Below, in pieces: positions 9,308-19,106 of a DNA stretch of 64,000 bases (its first letter is position 1; each line of letters begins with the position of its first letter). Source of the stretch: an uncultured Candidatus Saccharibacteria bacterium. Its GTDB lineage: Bacteria > Patescibacteriota > Minisyncoccia > Phycocordibacterales > UBA9973. The translations under genes and the position numbers were made by a program. The notes beneath the pieces are model-generated. The model was not told the origin of the DNA. It did no database searches and worked only from the letters and a program-made list of their open reading frames with translations. Location of the stretch: positions 9,008 through 73,007 of the forward strand of contig CAZQSY010000004.1 of NCBI GenBank assembly GCA_964596395.1, given 5' to 3'.

Positions 9308-10258
9308 ATGCCTAAAAAAGTGCTTTTGTCGGGTGTTCAGCCTTCAGGTAAGCCCCACATTGGGAATTATTTTGGCGCGATGAAACAATTCGTGGATTTG
9401 CAGGACGAATACCAAAGCCATATTTTCATAGCCGATTATCACGCCTTGCATTCGCTTCGGAATCCGAAGGAGATGCACGACAACATTATCGGTGTTTTGC
9501 TTGATTATCTAGCCATCGGTCTTGACCCGGCAAAAGTGACGATTTACAAACAGTCCGATATTTCTGAACACACAGAACTCTGCTGGATTTTCGACACCGT
9601 GATTACCATGCCGTATCTCATGCGCGCGCATGCTTTCAAGGACGCAGAGGCAAAAAATAAAGAGATAGATGTCGGCACTTTTAATTATCCAGTTTTAATG
9701 GCGGCGGATATTTTGCTTTATGGGCCGGACGTGGTTCCCGTCGGTGCAGACCAGAAACAGCATGTTGAAATATGTCGGGATATAGCAGAAAAATTTAATA
9801 ATGTATATGGCGAGACCTTCAAACTGCCCGAGCCGATGATTTTGAAAGAAGTGGCCACGGTGCCGGGTACCGACGGACGCAAAATGTCCAAGAGTTATAA
9901 AAATACGATTCCGCTTTTTGCCGAGTACGAAGAAATCAAAAAATGCGTGATGAGCATTGTCACTGATTCTGAAGAAAGCGTGCCGAAAAATGTCTATGCT
10001 ATACACAAACTTCTTCGCCCCGAAAGTGAACTAAAAGAAATTTATAAAGAAAAGGCAGGGAAGTATAAAGAGCTCAAAGAAATGCTCGTAGAAGATTTAG
10101 AAAAATTCATTGCTCCGCTTCGGGAAAAACGAAAAGAATTTGAAAAAGATATCCCTCGTGCGCTCGCTATTCTAAAAGAGGGCGGTGAAAAGGCAAAAAA
10201 GGTCGCCTCGAAAAAAATGGAAGAAGTACGCGAGAAAGTCGGGGTTTTGGTGTATTGA
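9308..10258 (+). CDS. trpS: Tryptophanyl-tRNA synthetase
   Basis: Class-I motifs PSGKPHIGNY (HIGH-like) and KMSKS. Start set at MPKKVLL (ATG at 9308); the upstream part of the ORF-track ORF is the translated repeat element. Confidence 0.85.
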   Translation: MPKKVLLSGVQPSGKPHIGNYFGAMKQFVDLQDEYQSHIFIADYHALHSLRNPKEMHDNIIGVLLDYLAIGLDPAKVTIYKQSDISEHTELCWIFDTVITMPYLMRAHAFKDAEAKNKEIDVGTFNYPVLMAADILLYGPDVVPVGADQKQHVEICRDIAEKFNNVYGETFKLPEPMILKEVATVPGTDGRKMSKSYKNTIPLFAEYEEIKKCVMSIVTDSEESVPKNVYAIHKLLRPESELKEIYKEKAGKYKELKEMLVEDLEKFIAPLREKRKEFEKDIPRALAILKEGGEKAKKVASKKMEEVREKVGVLVY

Positions 10259-10269
10259 CTTGCCTGAAA

Positions 10270-10490
10270 ATATAGCTGTGTTATTATCAATTTGTAAGCC
10301 GTTGAGCCGGATGACACCGGGGAGGTAAAGAAAGAAAGCCGAAAGGCAAGGCCTTTCGGTAAGTAGAATCTTTCGGGTATGCCCGTTACAGCTGTAGAAA
10401 AGCAAAAAGTAGGGTGGCACCGCGACACAAAAATCGCCCCTGCAAATTTATCAATTTAATGGTAAGTTTGGAGAGGCGATTTTTGTTTTC
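10270..10490 (+). promoter_or_regulatory. T-box riboswitch leader controlling aspS (T-box motif, antiterminator/terminator)
   Basis: Near-consensus T-box sequence aagtAGGGTGGCACCGCGac at 10408-10426. Intrinsic terminator aatcgcc...ggcgatttttgtttt at 10432-10489. Long-range stem I agctgt...acagct. A GAC codon at 10313-10315 is a possible Asp specifier. Confidence 0.75.
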
Positions 10491-10504
10491 TCCAAGAAAA
10501 CACA

Positions 10505-11818
10505 ATGAACAGAATTTTATCTAGGGATGTAAAGAGCCACGCGGGTGAAGAAGTCATGATGCAGGGGTGGCTACACAAGAAGCGCGCCTTGGGCGGCATG
10601 ACTTTCATATTGCTTCGTGATCGAGGCGGCGTGATGCAAATTTTAATAGAAGACAAAGCCGAAGCAGCGAAACTTGATAACTTACAGATCGGCACAGTGC
10701 TCCAAATTACCGGCAAGGTTTTTGAAGAGCCGCGCGCGCCCGAGGGCGTAGAAATCCACGAGCCGAAAATTACCGTTATGCTGCCGGTTACCGACACGTC
10801 GCCGATAGAGCTCGACAAGCCGCTCGGGCATAAGTCGGAAAACCTGGATACGCTTTTTGATTACAGAGTTATCGGGCTCAGGAATTTACGCGAGCAAGCC
10901 GTTTTTAAAATCCAGGCGCAAGTAATGAATGAGGTGCGCGCGTATCTGAAAAGCGAGGATTTTGTTGAGTTTCGTTCTCCGAAACTTTTACCCGGCGCGA
11001 CAGAAGGCGGCGCAGAAGTTTTCAAGCTGGATTATTTCGGCAAAGAAGCGACTCTAGCGCAGAGCGCGCAATTTTACAAACAAATGCTGGTCGGGGTTTA
11101 CGAGAGAGCTTTTGAAATCGGTTCGACTTATCGCGCCGAGCCGTCGGCCACTCCGCGCCACATGACCGAGTTTCAGACCATTGACGTTGAAATGGGTTTT
11201 ATAGAACTGGAGGACCTGCTTCATATGATGAGCGGTTTTATGAATTCAGTAATTGACGGCGTTTGGAAGAATTGCGAAAAGGAACTCAAGATGTGGGAAG
11301 CGGCAAAACCTACTCTGACTAAAGAAATTCCTCAGCTCACTATGGAAGAAATTCACAAGAGGTATTCTGAAGCAAACAAAGAGCAAACAATCGGCGAGAA
11401 AGACCTGCGCCCCGACGAAGAACGATGGATTTGCGAGTATGCAAAGGAAAATTTGGGTAGCGAAGCCGTCTTTGTGGTTGATTGGCCGAGAGAGGGCGCG
11501 AAGTTTTATCATAAGTTCAAAGAAAGTGACCCGAATATCGCCGAACGAGCGGATTTACTTTTCCGCGGAGTAGAAATTGCCACGGGTAGCATGCGCGAGC
11601 ACCGCTATGATGTATTAGTAAAACAGCTTCGTGAAATGGCGGGAGGGAACCCTGATTCTGACGGCTTCAAGTATTTCTTTCAAGCGTTCAAGTACGGGAT
11701 GCCCAGCGAGGGAGGTTTTGGCATGGGTTTGGAGCGGCTTACGCAGAAAATTATCGGCCTGGCTAACGTCAAAGAAGCTGCGCTCTTTCCGCGTGACATG
11801 AATCGCCTTGCCCCGTAA
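10505..11818 (+). CDS. aspS: Aspartyl-tRNA synthetase, class II archaeal/eukaryal-type (likely non-discriminating)
   Basis: 437 aa. N-terminal OB fold, then class-II motifs FRSPKL and GGFGMGLERL. The short archaeal-type architecture is typical of CPR/archaea. Confidence 0.85.
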   Translation: MNRILSRDVKSHAGEEVMMQGWLHKKRALGGMTFILLRDRGGVMQILIEDKAEAAKLDNLQIGTVLQITGKVFEEPRAPEGVEIHEPKITVMLPVTDTSPIELDKPLGHKSENLDTLFDYRVIGLRNLREQAVFKIQAQVMNEVRAYLKSEDFVEFRSPKLLPGATEGGAEVFKLDYFGKEATLAQSAQFYKQMLVGVYERAFEIGSTYRAEPSATPRHMTEFQTIDVEMGFIELEDLLHMMSGFMNSVIDGVWKNCEKELKMWEAAKPTLTKEIPQLTMEEIHKRYSEANKEQTIGEKDLRPDEERWICEYAKENLGSEAVFVVDWPREGAKFYHKFKESDPNIAERADLLFRGVEIATGSMREHRYDVLVKQLREMAGGNPDSDGFKYFFQAFKYGMPSEGGFGMGLERLTQKIIGLANVKEAALFPRDMNRLAP

Positions 11819-12183
11819 TGAATTACATAATTAAAGGTAGGGTAATCAAGGGTGAAGGTTACGGCAAAAAGATCGGCTTTCCGACGGCCAACCTAAGCAG
11901 AAATGGAATACATACGGAGCATACGGAGGCGTTGCCTCCGTACGGAGTGTATGCGGGTTTTGTTTTCATTGGCACTAAAAATTACAGGGCGGGTATTGTG
12001 ATAGGTCCGCTGGACAGGAAGGGTTTGCCGAAAATTGAAGCGCATCTGGTTGGTTTCAAAGGAAATTTGTACGGCAAGAAAATTATTTTACATTTAAATA
12101 AATTTCTGCGAAAATTCAGGAAGTTCGAGACCGAGAGGGAACTCATTATTCAAATAAAGAAAGATTTAGAAAAATGCAAATAA
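11818..12183 (+). CDS. Riboflavin kinase (monofunctional RibF C-terminal-type domain)
   Basis: GFPTANL, GVY and EAHL..F...LYGK motifs of the flavokinase domain. Confidence 0.7.
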   Translation: MNYIIKGRVIKGEGYGKKIGFPTANLSRNGIHTEHTEALPPYGVYAGFVFIGTKNYRAGIVIGPLDRKGLPKIEAHLVGFKGNLYGKKIILHLNKFLRKFRKFETERELIIQIKKDLEKCK

Positions 12184-13088
12184 AAAATTACGCTGGCCCG
12201 ATATTTATAATTATCGCTGCACTTCTGTGGGCTTTTGATGGCGTAATCCGCCGCAACCTGTACTCACTTCCTCCGATAACCATAATTTTCTTTGAGCACT
12301 TAATTGGCCTGATTATTTTGACTCCGTTTGTTCTAAAATATGTATTCAAGACTCAATTCACCAAACGGGAATGGTTCTTGCTTGTTCTGGTTTCTGTGCT
12401 TTCCGGGCTTCTAGGAACGATGTGGTTTACCACTGCGCTCCTTAAAGTGCATTTCATTTCTTTCTCGGTAGTGTTTCTTTTGCAAAAACTTCAGCCGATA
12501 TTCGCTATCACCACCGCCAGGATTTTTCTGAAAGAAAAGATTGACCGCAGGTATGTAATTTGGGCGGTTCTGGCTCTCGTTTCTGCTTACTTTGTGACAT
12601 TCAAGAACGGCATAGTAAATCTTGAGACAGGTGAAGGGACTATCGTAGCCGCGCTCTACGCTCTTGGAGCGGCTTTCGCTTGGGGTTCTTCAACTACTTT
12701 TTCTAAGATGCTTTTGGGCAAAGTTCGCGCCGAGGTTAGTACTTTTTACCGATTTTTGGTTACCACTATTCTGACTTTACCTCTGATTTTTATATTTGGC
12801 CTTGGAAGCACCTTGGGTGCCCCTACGATGCCCCAGCTTGGCCTTTTTGCCCTGATCGCTATATCCACCGGCATGGTCGCCCTGCTTATTTACTACAAAG
12901 GTTTGGCAAAGACACCGGTGCATATATCCACAATTTTGGAGCTGACTTTTCCTTTTATTGCGATTTTGATAGACATGAAACTCTACGGCTCTTTCCTCTC
13001 GTGGTCGCAATTAATCGCGGCGCTCGTTTTGGTATTTAGTATTTACCAGGTTGCAAGATTAAGAGAAGAGAATAACGTCTCAGCATAA
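12174..13088 (+). CDS. EamA/DMT-family transporter (10 TM)
   Basis: Two EamA-like halves; hydrophobic, 304 aa. Confidence 0.65.
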   Translation: MQIKNYAGPIFIIIAALLWAFDGVIRRNLYSLPPITIIFFEHLIGLIILTPFVLKYVFKTQFTKREWFLLVLVSVLSGLLGTMWFTTALLKVHFISFSVVFLLQKLQPIFAITTARIFLKEKIDRRYVIWAVLALVSAYFVTFKNGIVNLETGEGTIVAALYALGAAFAWGSSTTFSKMLLGKVRAEVSTFYRFLVTTILTLPLIFIFGLGSTLGAPTMPQLGLFALIAISTGMVALLIYYKGLAKTPVHISTILELTFPFIAILIDMKLYGSFLSWSQLIAALVLVFSIYQVARLREENNVSA

Positions 13089-13092
13089 GAAC

Positions 13093-13428
13093 ATGACTGA
13101 TTTATTAAACAAAAAGTGCGTACCGTGCGAGGTCGGAGGAATACCGCTTACTAGGGAGGAAGCAGAAAAATATCTTCCACAGACTTCAGGTTGGGTGATT
13201 GATGAGGCGGGCAGGGAAATCTCAAAAGAATTCGAATTCAAAGATTTTGCCGAAGCGATGAAATTTGTGAACAAAGTTGCTGAAATTGCCGAATCCGAAG
13301 GCCACCACCCCGATATCCACGTTTTTTACAACAAAGTAAAATTAAATCTTTCCACCCACGCCATCGGTGGATTATCTGAGAACGATTTCATCCTGGCGGC
13401 GAAGATTAACGCTACCGCTTTAAATTAA
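13093..13428 (+). CDS. Pterin-4a-carbinolamine dehydratase (PCD/DCoH)
   Basis: EGHHPDIHVFYNKVKLNLSTH matches the PCD catalytic motif. Confidence 0.8.
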   Translation: MTDLLNKKCVPCEVGGIPLTREEAEKYLPQTSGWVIDEAGREISKEFEFKDFAEAMKFVNKVAEIAESEGHHPDIHVFYNKVKLNLSTHAIGGLSENDFILAAKINATALN

Positions 13429-13430
13429 AA

Positions 13431-13736
13431 TTAAAAACCAGCTCTCTTTTTTAGCCGGTTGAGTATCATTTTGAATCCACCGAAAGGTGATTTGTGAAGC
13501 CATTTTGAAACTCGGGCGATGGTGGTGGAAGAAAGGCCGGTGTCTTCTACAATGGTGTTGTATTGAACATCTTCGGAAAGAAGCTTGGCGGCTTCCAAGC
13601 GATTAGCGAATTCCTTGATTTCTTTTTCAGTCATCAAGTCGCGCAAAAAACGCTTGGCTTCATCTTTGTTTTTCAAGCATAAAAACGCCTCCAAGAGCTG
13701 ATTATTCTGCTTTGTTTTCCAATTAATCTTTGCCAT
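13431..13736 (-). CDS. YerC/YecD-type Trp-repressor-like DNA-binding protein
   Basis: 101 aa. TrpR-like HTH (TIVEDTGLSSTTIARVSKWL) and a YerC-family N-terminus. Confidence 0.7.
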   Translation of the reverse strand: MAKINWKTKQNNQLLEAFLCLKNKDEAKRFLRDLMTEKEIKEFANRLEAAKLLSEDVQYNTIVEDTGLSSTTIARVSKWLHKSPFGGFKMILNRLKKRAGF

Positions 13737-13763
13737 TTGCTTTTGTATTGACTTACACTATAT

Positions 13764-13800
13764 ATTATAGCAAAATACTTTACTTTAGTCAACTAAAGTA
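13764..13800 (-). promoter_or_regulatory. Consensus sigma70-type promoter (TTGACT-N17-TATAAT on minus strand) with overlapping palindrome, upstream of the yerC-like gene
   Basis: Minus-strand read gives TTGACT (13787-13792), a 17-nt spacer, then TATAAT (13764-13769). Palindrome actttagtTGACtaaagt overlaps the -35. Confidence 0.55.
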
Positions 13801-16379
13801 GATAGATAGGTGTGAATATCCCTTTTGTCTCTCTTCAGCCACAATATATTGCTTTCGAGTTTTTCTATGACTTGCTCTACGGCTCGCTCGGCGCCGGGGG
13901 CGGGATGGGTTCTGAAGAATTTCTTGAATTTGCGCAAGTGCCTTTCTTCGGCGCTTCCGGAAATCGCTTTCATAAATCTGGAGAGCGTGTGTCCGCCTTC
14001 GCCGTACCTCGTGACGAAAGTTTTCCAGTTCCGGGTGATGCATTTGAGCCATGCGTCTCGGCCGAGGGGATTCATTCCGACAGAGGATATTATTCCGGAA
14101 GTATCCTGCGGGCGCACGTGCGAAGACAGCGAAAATTGTGCGGCTTTTCTAAGGATTTCCGGGGAAGAGAAGTTGCCTAAAGCGGCGCCGATCCTGTTTC
14201 TTTCTTCATGCAGCGCTTCTTTTTTGTACATTTTTATAAGCTCTTCATATTCTTTGATTCCGCCGGATTTCGCTACGATGCCGTAAATTGGAGCGCGCAG
14301 GTCCGGGTCAACCCTTTTGCCTTTTTTAATTTTTGCAAAAAGATTTTTGGCTTTTAAAATTGTTTTTTCGTCGCCGGCTTGGCCTAATATTTCTATACAA
14401 AGGGGCCGAAGCATTGAATCAGAAGGGGGTTCGTTTTTTTTCTTACTCCACCCGAGGCGGCGAAAAACAGGGGAGAACAAGCTGATAATTAAACCATCGA
14501 GATTCGCTTCGCTTCCGGTTTTGCAAAAAATTTGCTTGATTCCCCTTATGCCCAGAGCTATCGCGTGCAGGACGGAATAATCACTCTCTCTTTTATACGC
14601 TTTTAAAAATTTCAGAGCTTCGCTCGTTCTTCCGTCGCCAGATTCGGCAAGCGCGAAGAGGTCCCTTATGATTCCCAGGCGGTCCCGCGCGGAGATTTTT
14701 TTATCCCGTACCGGCTTTGCTAATCTGTCGAGCATTTTTTTGGAATAGGCGACTCTGAAAAATCCGCTTTCGCCCGCGTTTATTTTTACAAACTCGGGCT
14801 TGGAGGCCTTGCCTCCAAGCGGAGGCAAGGCCTCCAAGCTCAACTTAGTACTCTGGCTACTAAGCAGTATTTTTGCAGTATTTTTGCCGTCTCCGAAAAC
14901 AATCGGCGTTTGCCAAATTATTTTGTCTTTGTTTTTTCTTTTGGAAATTGGGCTTGAGAAAAATCTGCCCTGCGAAAGATATAAACTTTCACCCTTTATT
15001 TCTGTCTTTATGACCGGGTACCCGGGTTTGGCAGTCCAGTTTTGCATTATTTTTTTTACCGGTTTTCCCGAGATTTTTTCAAATGCTTGCCAGAGGTGCG
15101 CGGTTTCGGTGTTTTTATAGCTATGTTTTTTCAAGTAATAGCGCAGACCGTCTCGAAAATCTTTTTCTCCCAGATATTCGGCCAGCATTCTGATAATACA
15201 GGCGCCTTTTGAATACGATACCTCGTCGAAGATTTCGCCGATTTCGTCGGGGTGATGCACTTTCACTTCTACCGGATGTGTGTTGGCCAATGAATCCAAA
15301 CGGAGTGCTACTCCTAAATCCTGCACCGAAAATTGTGTCCACATATTCCATTCAGGGAAGACCTTTTCCAGCGCCAAATATTCCATATATGAGGCGAATC
15401 CTTCGTTGAGCCACAGGTGTGTCCACCACTCCATAGTCACTAGGTTGCCGAACCACTGGTGGGCAATTTCATGTGCCACGACCAAAGCCACTCTCTGTTT
15501 GTTTGTGAGCGAGGAATTTTTTTCGTCAAAAAGCAGGGCGCTTTCGCGGTAGGTAATGGCGCCCCAGTTTTCCATGGCGCCGGCGGCAAAATCCGGGACA
15601 GCTATCATATCAAGCACGGGCAGGGGGTACTTGATATCAAAATATTTTTCGTAAAAATCCAGCATTTTGGCGGCGCAAGAAAGCGCGAACCCTGCCTGAT
15701 GCTTTTTCTCGGGATGCGTAAAGACGCGCACCGCGACCCCCCGTCTGGTTTTTGTCTGGAGCATATCAAAATCTCCCACAATGAAGGCCAGGAGGTAAGT
15801 GGACATTTTCGGCGTGGGAGAAAATCTTACAATGTCAAAGCCTGCCTCGTGCTCTTTTATTGAAACCGGCAAGGTATTAGAAATCGCCGTTTTGCCTTTT
15901 TCCACCACCAGTGATACCTTGAACACGGCTCTGTGTGCTGGTTCGTCGAAACAAGGGAAAGCCCGGCGCGCGTCGGTGGCTTCGAATTGGGTAGTGGCCA
16001 TGTGGCGTTCTTTGCCGTAAAGCATATACCGGCTGCGATAGAAGCCCCGCATTTTGTCGTTCAGTATGCCTTGAAATATCAACCGTAATTTGGCCGTGCC
16101 AGCTGGTATTTTTTTAGAAAATACAAAAGTCGCGGTTTCCCTTTTTTCGTCGTAAGAAATTTTTTCGGCGAAAAGTTTTTCTGCCAATACCGTGATGCTT
16201 GCCGTCTCAATGTCTATTTCTTTGCTGTGCAGGGTTATCTCCTTTGTCGGCTTCAAGATTTTTATTTTTATCTCCTCTTCGCCTTTGAAGGTGAAGTTCA
16301 GAAGGTCCGGATGCAATTTCAAATCGTACTCCGAGGGGATTATAGACGAGTCAAGTTTTGCGGATTTTTTTTTCTGCAT
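13785..16379 (-). CDS. pepN: Aminopeptidase N (M1 family metallopeptidase)
   Basis: HEIAHQWFGNLVT...WLNEGFA zinc-binding motif and GAMEN-like GAMENWG. Confidence 0.9.
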   Translation of the reverse strand: MQKKKSAKLDSSIIPSEYDLKLHPDLLNFTFKGEEEIKIKILKPTKEITLHSKEIDIETASITVLAEKLFAEKISYDEKRETATFVFSKKIPAGTAKLRLIFQGILNDKMRGFYRSRYMLYGKERHMATTQFEATDARRAFPCFDEPAHRAVFKVSLVVEKGKTAISNTLPVSIKEHEAGFDIVRFSPTPKMSTYLLAFIVGDFDMLQTKTRRGVAVRVFTHPEKKHQAGFALSCAAKMLDFYEKYFDIKYPLPVLDMIAVPDFAAGAMENWGAITYRESALLFDEKNSSLTNKQRVALVVAHEIAHQWFGNLVTMEWWTHLWLNEGFASYMEYLALEKVFPEWNMWTQFSVQDLGVALRLDSLANTHPVEVKVHHPDEIGEIFDEVSYSKGACIIRMLAEYLGEKDFRDGLRYYLKKHSYKNTETAHLWQAFEKISGKPVKKIMQNWTAKPGYPVIKTEIKGESLYLSQGRFFSSPISKRKNKDKIIWQTPIVFGDGKNTAKILLSSQSTKLSLEALPPLGGKASKPEFVKINAGESGFFRVAYSKKMLDRLAKPVRDKKISARDRLGIIRDLFALAESGDGRTSEALKFLKAYKRESDYSVLHAIALGIRGIKQIFCKTGSEANLDGLIISLFSPVFRRLGWSKKKNEPPSDSMLRPLCIEILGQAGDEKTILKAKNLFAKIKKGKRVDPDLRAPIYGIVAKSGGIKEYEELIKMYKKEALHEERNRIGAALGNFSSPEILRKAAQFSLSSHVRPQDTSGIISSVGMNPLGRDAWLKCITRNWKTFVTRYGEGGHTLSRFMKAISGSAEERHLRKFKKFFRTHPAPGAERAVEQVIEKLESNILWLKRDKRDIHTYLSTLVD

Positions 16380-16383
16380 ATTC

Positions 16384-17598
16384 TTATATTACTCCCTCCA
16401 ATTTTTTTATATTATCTTCTGGCATGGTGCGGTAAGTTCTAGAGACCATCACGAAAGCTACCAGAAGCATTGTACCGTTTAAAACGAAAGGCATCCATTC
16501 TTTTATTTCATAAGAGCTTCCGCCGAGCATCGGCCCTAATATCATCGCGAGCGATATGAGCGAAGTCATCACTCCCACCGTTTCTCCCTGTTCGTTTTTG
16601 TCGTAAAAGTTAACGATTTGGCTGTTTAATATAACCCTTAGCGTCGAATAGCAGATGGCGGTCAGTATTGCGCCGGCCACAAAAAGGAATTTATGAGGCA
16701 AAGACATTATGAAGTAACCGAGCGCGAAGGGCAGGAGAAGCCAGACCAAAAGAGAAGAGCTACTAAAGAAACGCAGCCAGAATTTGGTTATGAAAAATGC
16801 CTGATTCAGAGAAATTATTACACCAATAACGGCGAGCAGTGAGCCGGCGGTGATGACTGTCCATAAAAATTTTTGCCCTATGTACAGGGCGAAAACGGAT
16901 TGAGTTAGAGACAGGGAAGTGGCAAAAGCAAGCCAAGCAAAATACAGAGGAAACATCGTTTTATTGGCGCACGCTTTCCAAATCGGCGCGAACGGATTTA
17001 AGGGAATTGCTTTCTTATTTGCCTCGCGGTTGGTTTCGGGCAGGAAAAAGTATGCGAGCACAGTAGACAGAAGAGCCATTCCTCCGATTACGATAAAAGG
17101 CAATTTTAGACTGATGAGAGACAAAAGTCCGCCCAAGGCGGGGCCGATGACAAAGCCGATGCCGAAAATCGCCGCGGTCTGCCCGATGTTTTTCGTCTGT
17201 TCTTCTTTGTTTTTTGAAATGTCTATCAGATAATTCTGGGCGGTAGACATGTTGCCGGCAGCCAGGCCGTCTATGATTCTCCCCAAAAACAGGCCGAAAA
17301 TATTTCTGGAGAAAGCAAAGATAAACCAGCCGGCGGCGGTTGACACCAAGCTTACGAGGAGCACCGGCCTGCGCCCGTGACGGTCGGATATCATACCCAA
17401 AATCGGCGCGCTGAAGAAGGCGAAAAGTGAAAAAGCCATAAACAGGGAACTCACCACAATATCGGGCGCGTTAAACGTCTCGACATAGTAAGGAAGCACC
17501 GGAACAATTATCCCTATTCCCAGCACATCCAAGAAAACTATTGAGAGAATTATCGCTTTCGGCGGGAAGTTGAATTTCCTCCGTATTTTTTCTTGCAC
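16384..17598 (-). CDS. MFS transporter
   Basis: 12 TM segments. MFS motif GMISDRHGRRPVLL between TM2 and TM3. Confidence 0.75.
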   Translation of the reverse strand: MQEKIRRKFNFPPKAIILSIVFLDVLGIGIIVPVLPYYVETFNAPDIVVSSLFMAFSLFAFFSAPILGMISDRHGRRPVLLVSLVSTAAGWFIFAFSRNIFGLFLGRIIDGLAAGNMSTAQNYLIDISKNKEEQTKNIGQTAAIFGIGFVIGPALGGLLSLISLKLPFIVIGGMALLSTVLAYFFLPETNREANKKAIPLNPFAPIWKACANKTMFPLYFAWLAFATSLSLTQSVFALYIGQKFLWTVITAGSLLAVIGVIISLNQAFFITKFWLRFFSSSSLLVWLLLPFALGYFIMSLPHKFLFVAGAILTAICYSTLRVILNSQIVNFYDKNEQGETVGVMTSLISLAMILGPMLGGSSYEIKEWMPFVLNGTMLLVAFVMVSRTYRTMPEDNIKKLEGVI

Positions 17599-17666
17599 CC
17601 GTATAATCTAGCACAGTTTGTTTGATTTTTGAAACGAAAAAGACGATAATATGGGCACAAAAAAGC

Positions 17667-17924
17667 ATGAAAACTTTTGCGCAAAAGGTCCGCGATATTG
17701 TGAGGAAAATCCCGAGAGGGAAGGTTTTAACGTACAAAGAAGTCGCGAAAAGAGCCGGGAACGCAAAAGCGGCCAGGGCGGTGGGAAGCGTTTTGAACAA
17801 GAATTATGACCCGAAAGTACCGTGCCATCGGGTTATCTGCTCAGACGGCAGGGCGGGCGGGTACAACAGGGGAGCGAAAAGTAAGATAAAAAAACTCAAA
17901 GCGGAGGGCGTGAAATTATTCTGA
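17667..17924 (+). CDS. MGMT-family protein (methylated-DNA-protein-cysteine methyltransferase DNA-binding domain, active-site PCHR)
   Basis: IPRGKVLTYKEVA...PCHRVI motif. Start chosen at MKTFAQKV (17667); the ORF-track ORF starts at 17622. Confidence 0.65.
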   Translation: MKTFAQKVRDIVRKIPRGKVLTYKEVAKRAGNAKAARAVGSVLNKNYDPKVPCHRVICSDGRAGGYNRGAKSKIKKLKAEGVKLF

Positions 17925-17943
17925 CAAGTGCTATAATCAGGGG

Positions 17944-18351
17944 ATGGAAACCGGATTGAACGAAAAAATTATCGAGCCCGCATGGGCTTTGTCTTCATCC
18001 TTATCTGAATGGGTGTGGAGCGTTCTTTATTTTATCATCGCTTTTTCTTTCATCTCTGTTTTTCAGAAATTTTATAAAAAGGAGTTACCCGGCAAGGTCG
18101 CCTTGCCGTTTTTGCTGAACTTGATTTTTAATTTAATACTTGTGCCTCTGCAGGTGCTTTCGAATGGAAGCATATTCGCGTCTATCGATGCGGGGCTGGT
18201 CTTGATTACCTTAGTATGGGCGACAGCGGTCGTCGCCCGGCATCTGAAGTGGGTTGCCTTGGTAAATATTCCTTACCTTTTGTGGATATGTTACGTGCTG
18301 GCGGTTGAAATAATCAAATTCATTAATTATCGAGCCATCGTCATCCAGTAA
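17944..18351 (+). CDS. Hypothetical small membrane protein (Trp-rich, 4 TM)
   Basis: Hydrophobic 135-aa ORF, well packed between neighbours. Confidence 0.4.
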   Translation: METGLNEKIIEPAWALSSSLSEWVWSVLYFIIAFSFISVFQKFYKKELPGKVALPFLLNLIFNLILVPLQVLSNGSIFASIDAGLVLITLVWATAVVARHLKWVALVNIPYLLWICYVLAVEIIKFINYRAIVIQ

Positions 18352-19106
18352 TGGAAACCGAAACATATCAAATAAAAACCCGTGATTTTGAGGGGCCGTT
18401 TCATCTCTTACTCTCGCTTATTCAGGAGAAGAAATTTTTTATCAACGACCTTTCGCTTTCACAAATAACCGAGGATTATCTCAACTACATAAAGCAAATC
18501 GGCGAGATTGATACCCGGCAGGTTTCCGGCTTTGTCGCCGTGGCGGCTACGCTGATTCTGATAAAATCCAAATCGCTACTGCCTTCGCTTAATCTTTCGG
18601 CGGAAGAGGAAGGAGACATCAAAAATCTGGAAGACCGGCTGAAGCTGTATGAATTTTATACCGAGCTCTCGGCGGGCGTGAAAAAGATTTTCGGCAAAAG
18701 AATGATTTTCGCCCCGCTTCCGCGGAAAAACGCTTTCTCTATGTTCATGCCCGACCAGAAAATTACCAGGGAAAACATGGCGAGCATAATCTTGGAGGTT
18801 TTGGGCAGGGTTCCGAAAAAAGAATTTCTTCCCGAAGTGGAGGTGAAAAAAGTCATCAGTTTAGAGGAAATGATTTCGAAGCTTTCAGAAAGAATAGAAA
18901 AAAGTTTGGAATTTAATTTCAAAGATTTTGCCTGCCTGCCGGCAGGCAGGCCGGGTCAATCCATAACGAAAGAAGAAAAGGTGGTTGTAATTATCAGTTT
19001 TCTTGCTATGCTAGAACTCGTGAGACAAGGTTTGCTTCACGTTACCCAGAGTGAGAATTTCGAAGATATCATTATTCAAAAACAACAAAATGGAACTCCA
19101 GCATAA
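18351..19106 (+). CDS. scpA: Segregation and condensation protein A
   Basis: FEGPFHLLLSLIQ N-terminus typical of ScpA. Carries an in-frame copy of the 20-bp palindrome CCTGCCTGCCGGCAGGCAGG at 18931-18950. Confidence 0.8.
   Translation: METETYQIKTRDFEGPFHLLLSLIQEKKFFINDLSLSQITEDYLNYIKQIGEIDTRQVSGFVAVAATLILIKSKSLLPSLNLSAEEEGDIKNLEDRLKLYEFYTELSAGVKKIFGKRMIFAPLPRKNAFSMFMPDQKITRENMASIILEVLGRVPKKEFLPEVEVKKVISLEEMISKLSERIEKSLEFNFKDFACLPAGRPGQSITKEEKVVVIISFLAMLELVRQGLLHVTQSENFEDIIIQKQQNGTPA
18931..18950. repeat. Family-C 20-bp perfect palindrome CCTGCCTGCCGGCAGGCAGG (copy inside scpA, in frame)
   Basis: Identical 20-mer at 22291-22310. Close variants at 44726-44743 and 34514-34534. Confidence 0.7.
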
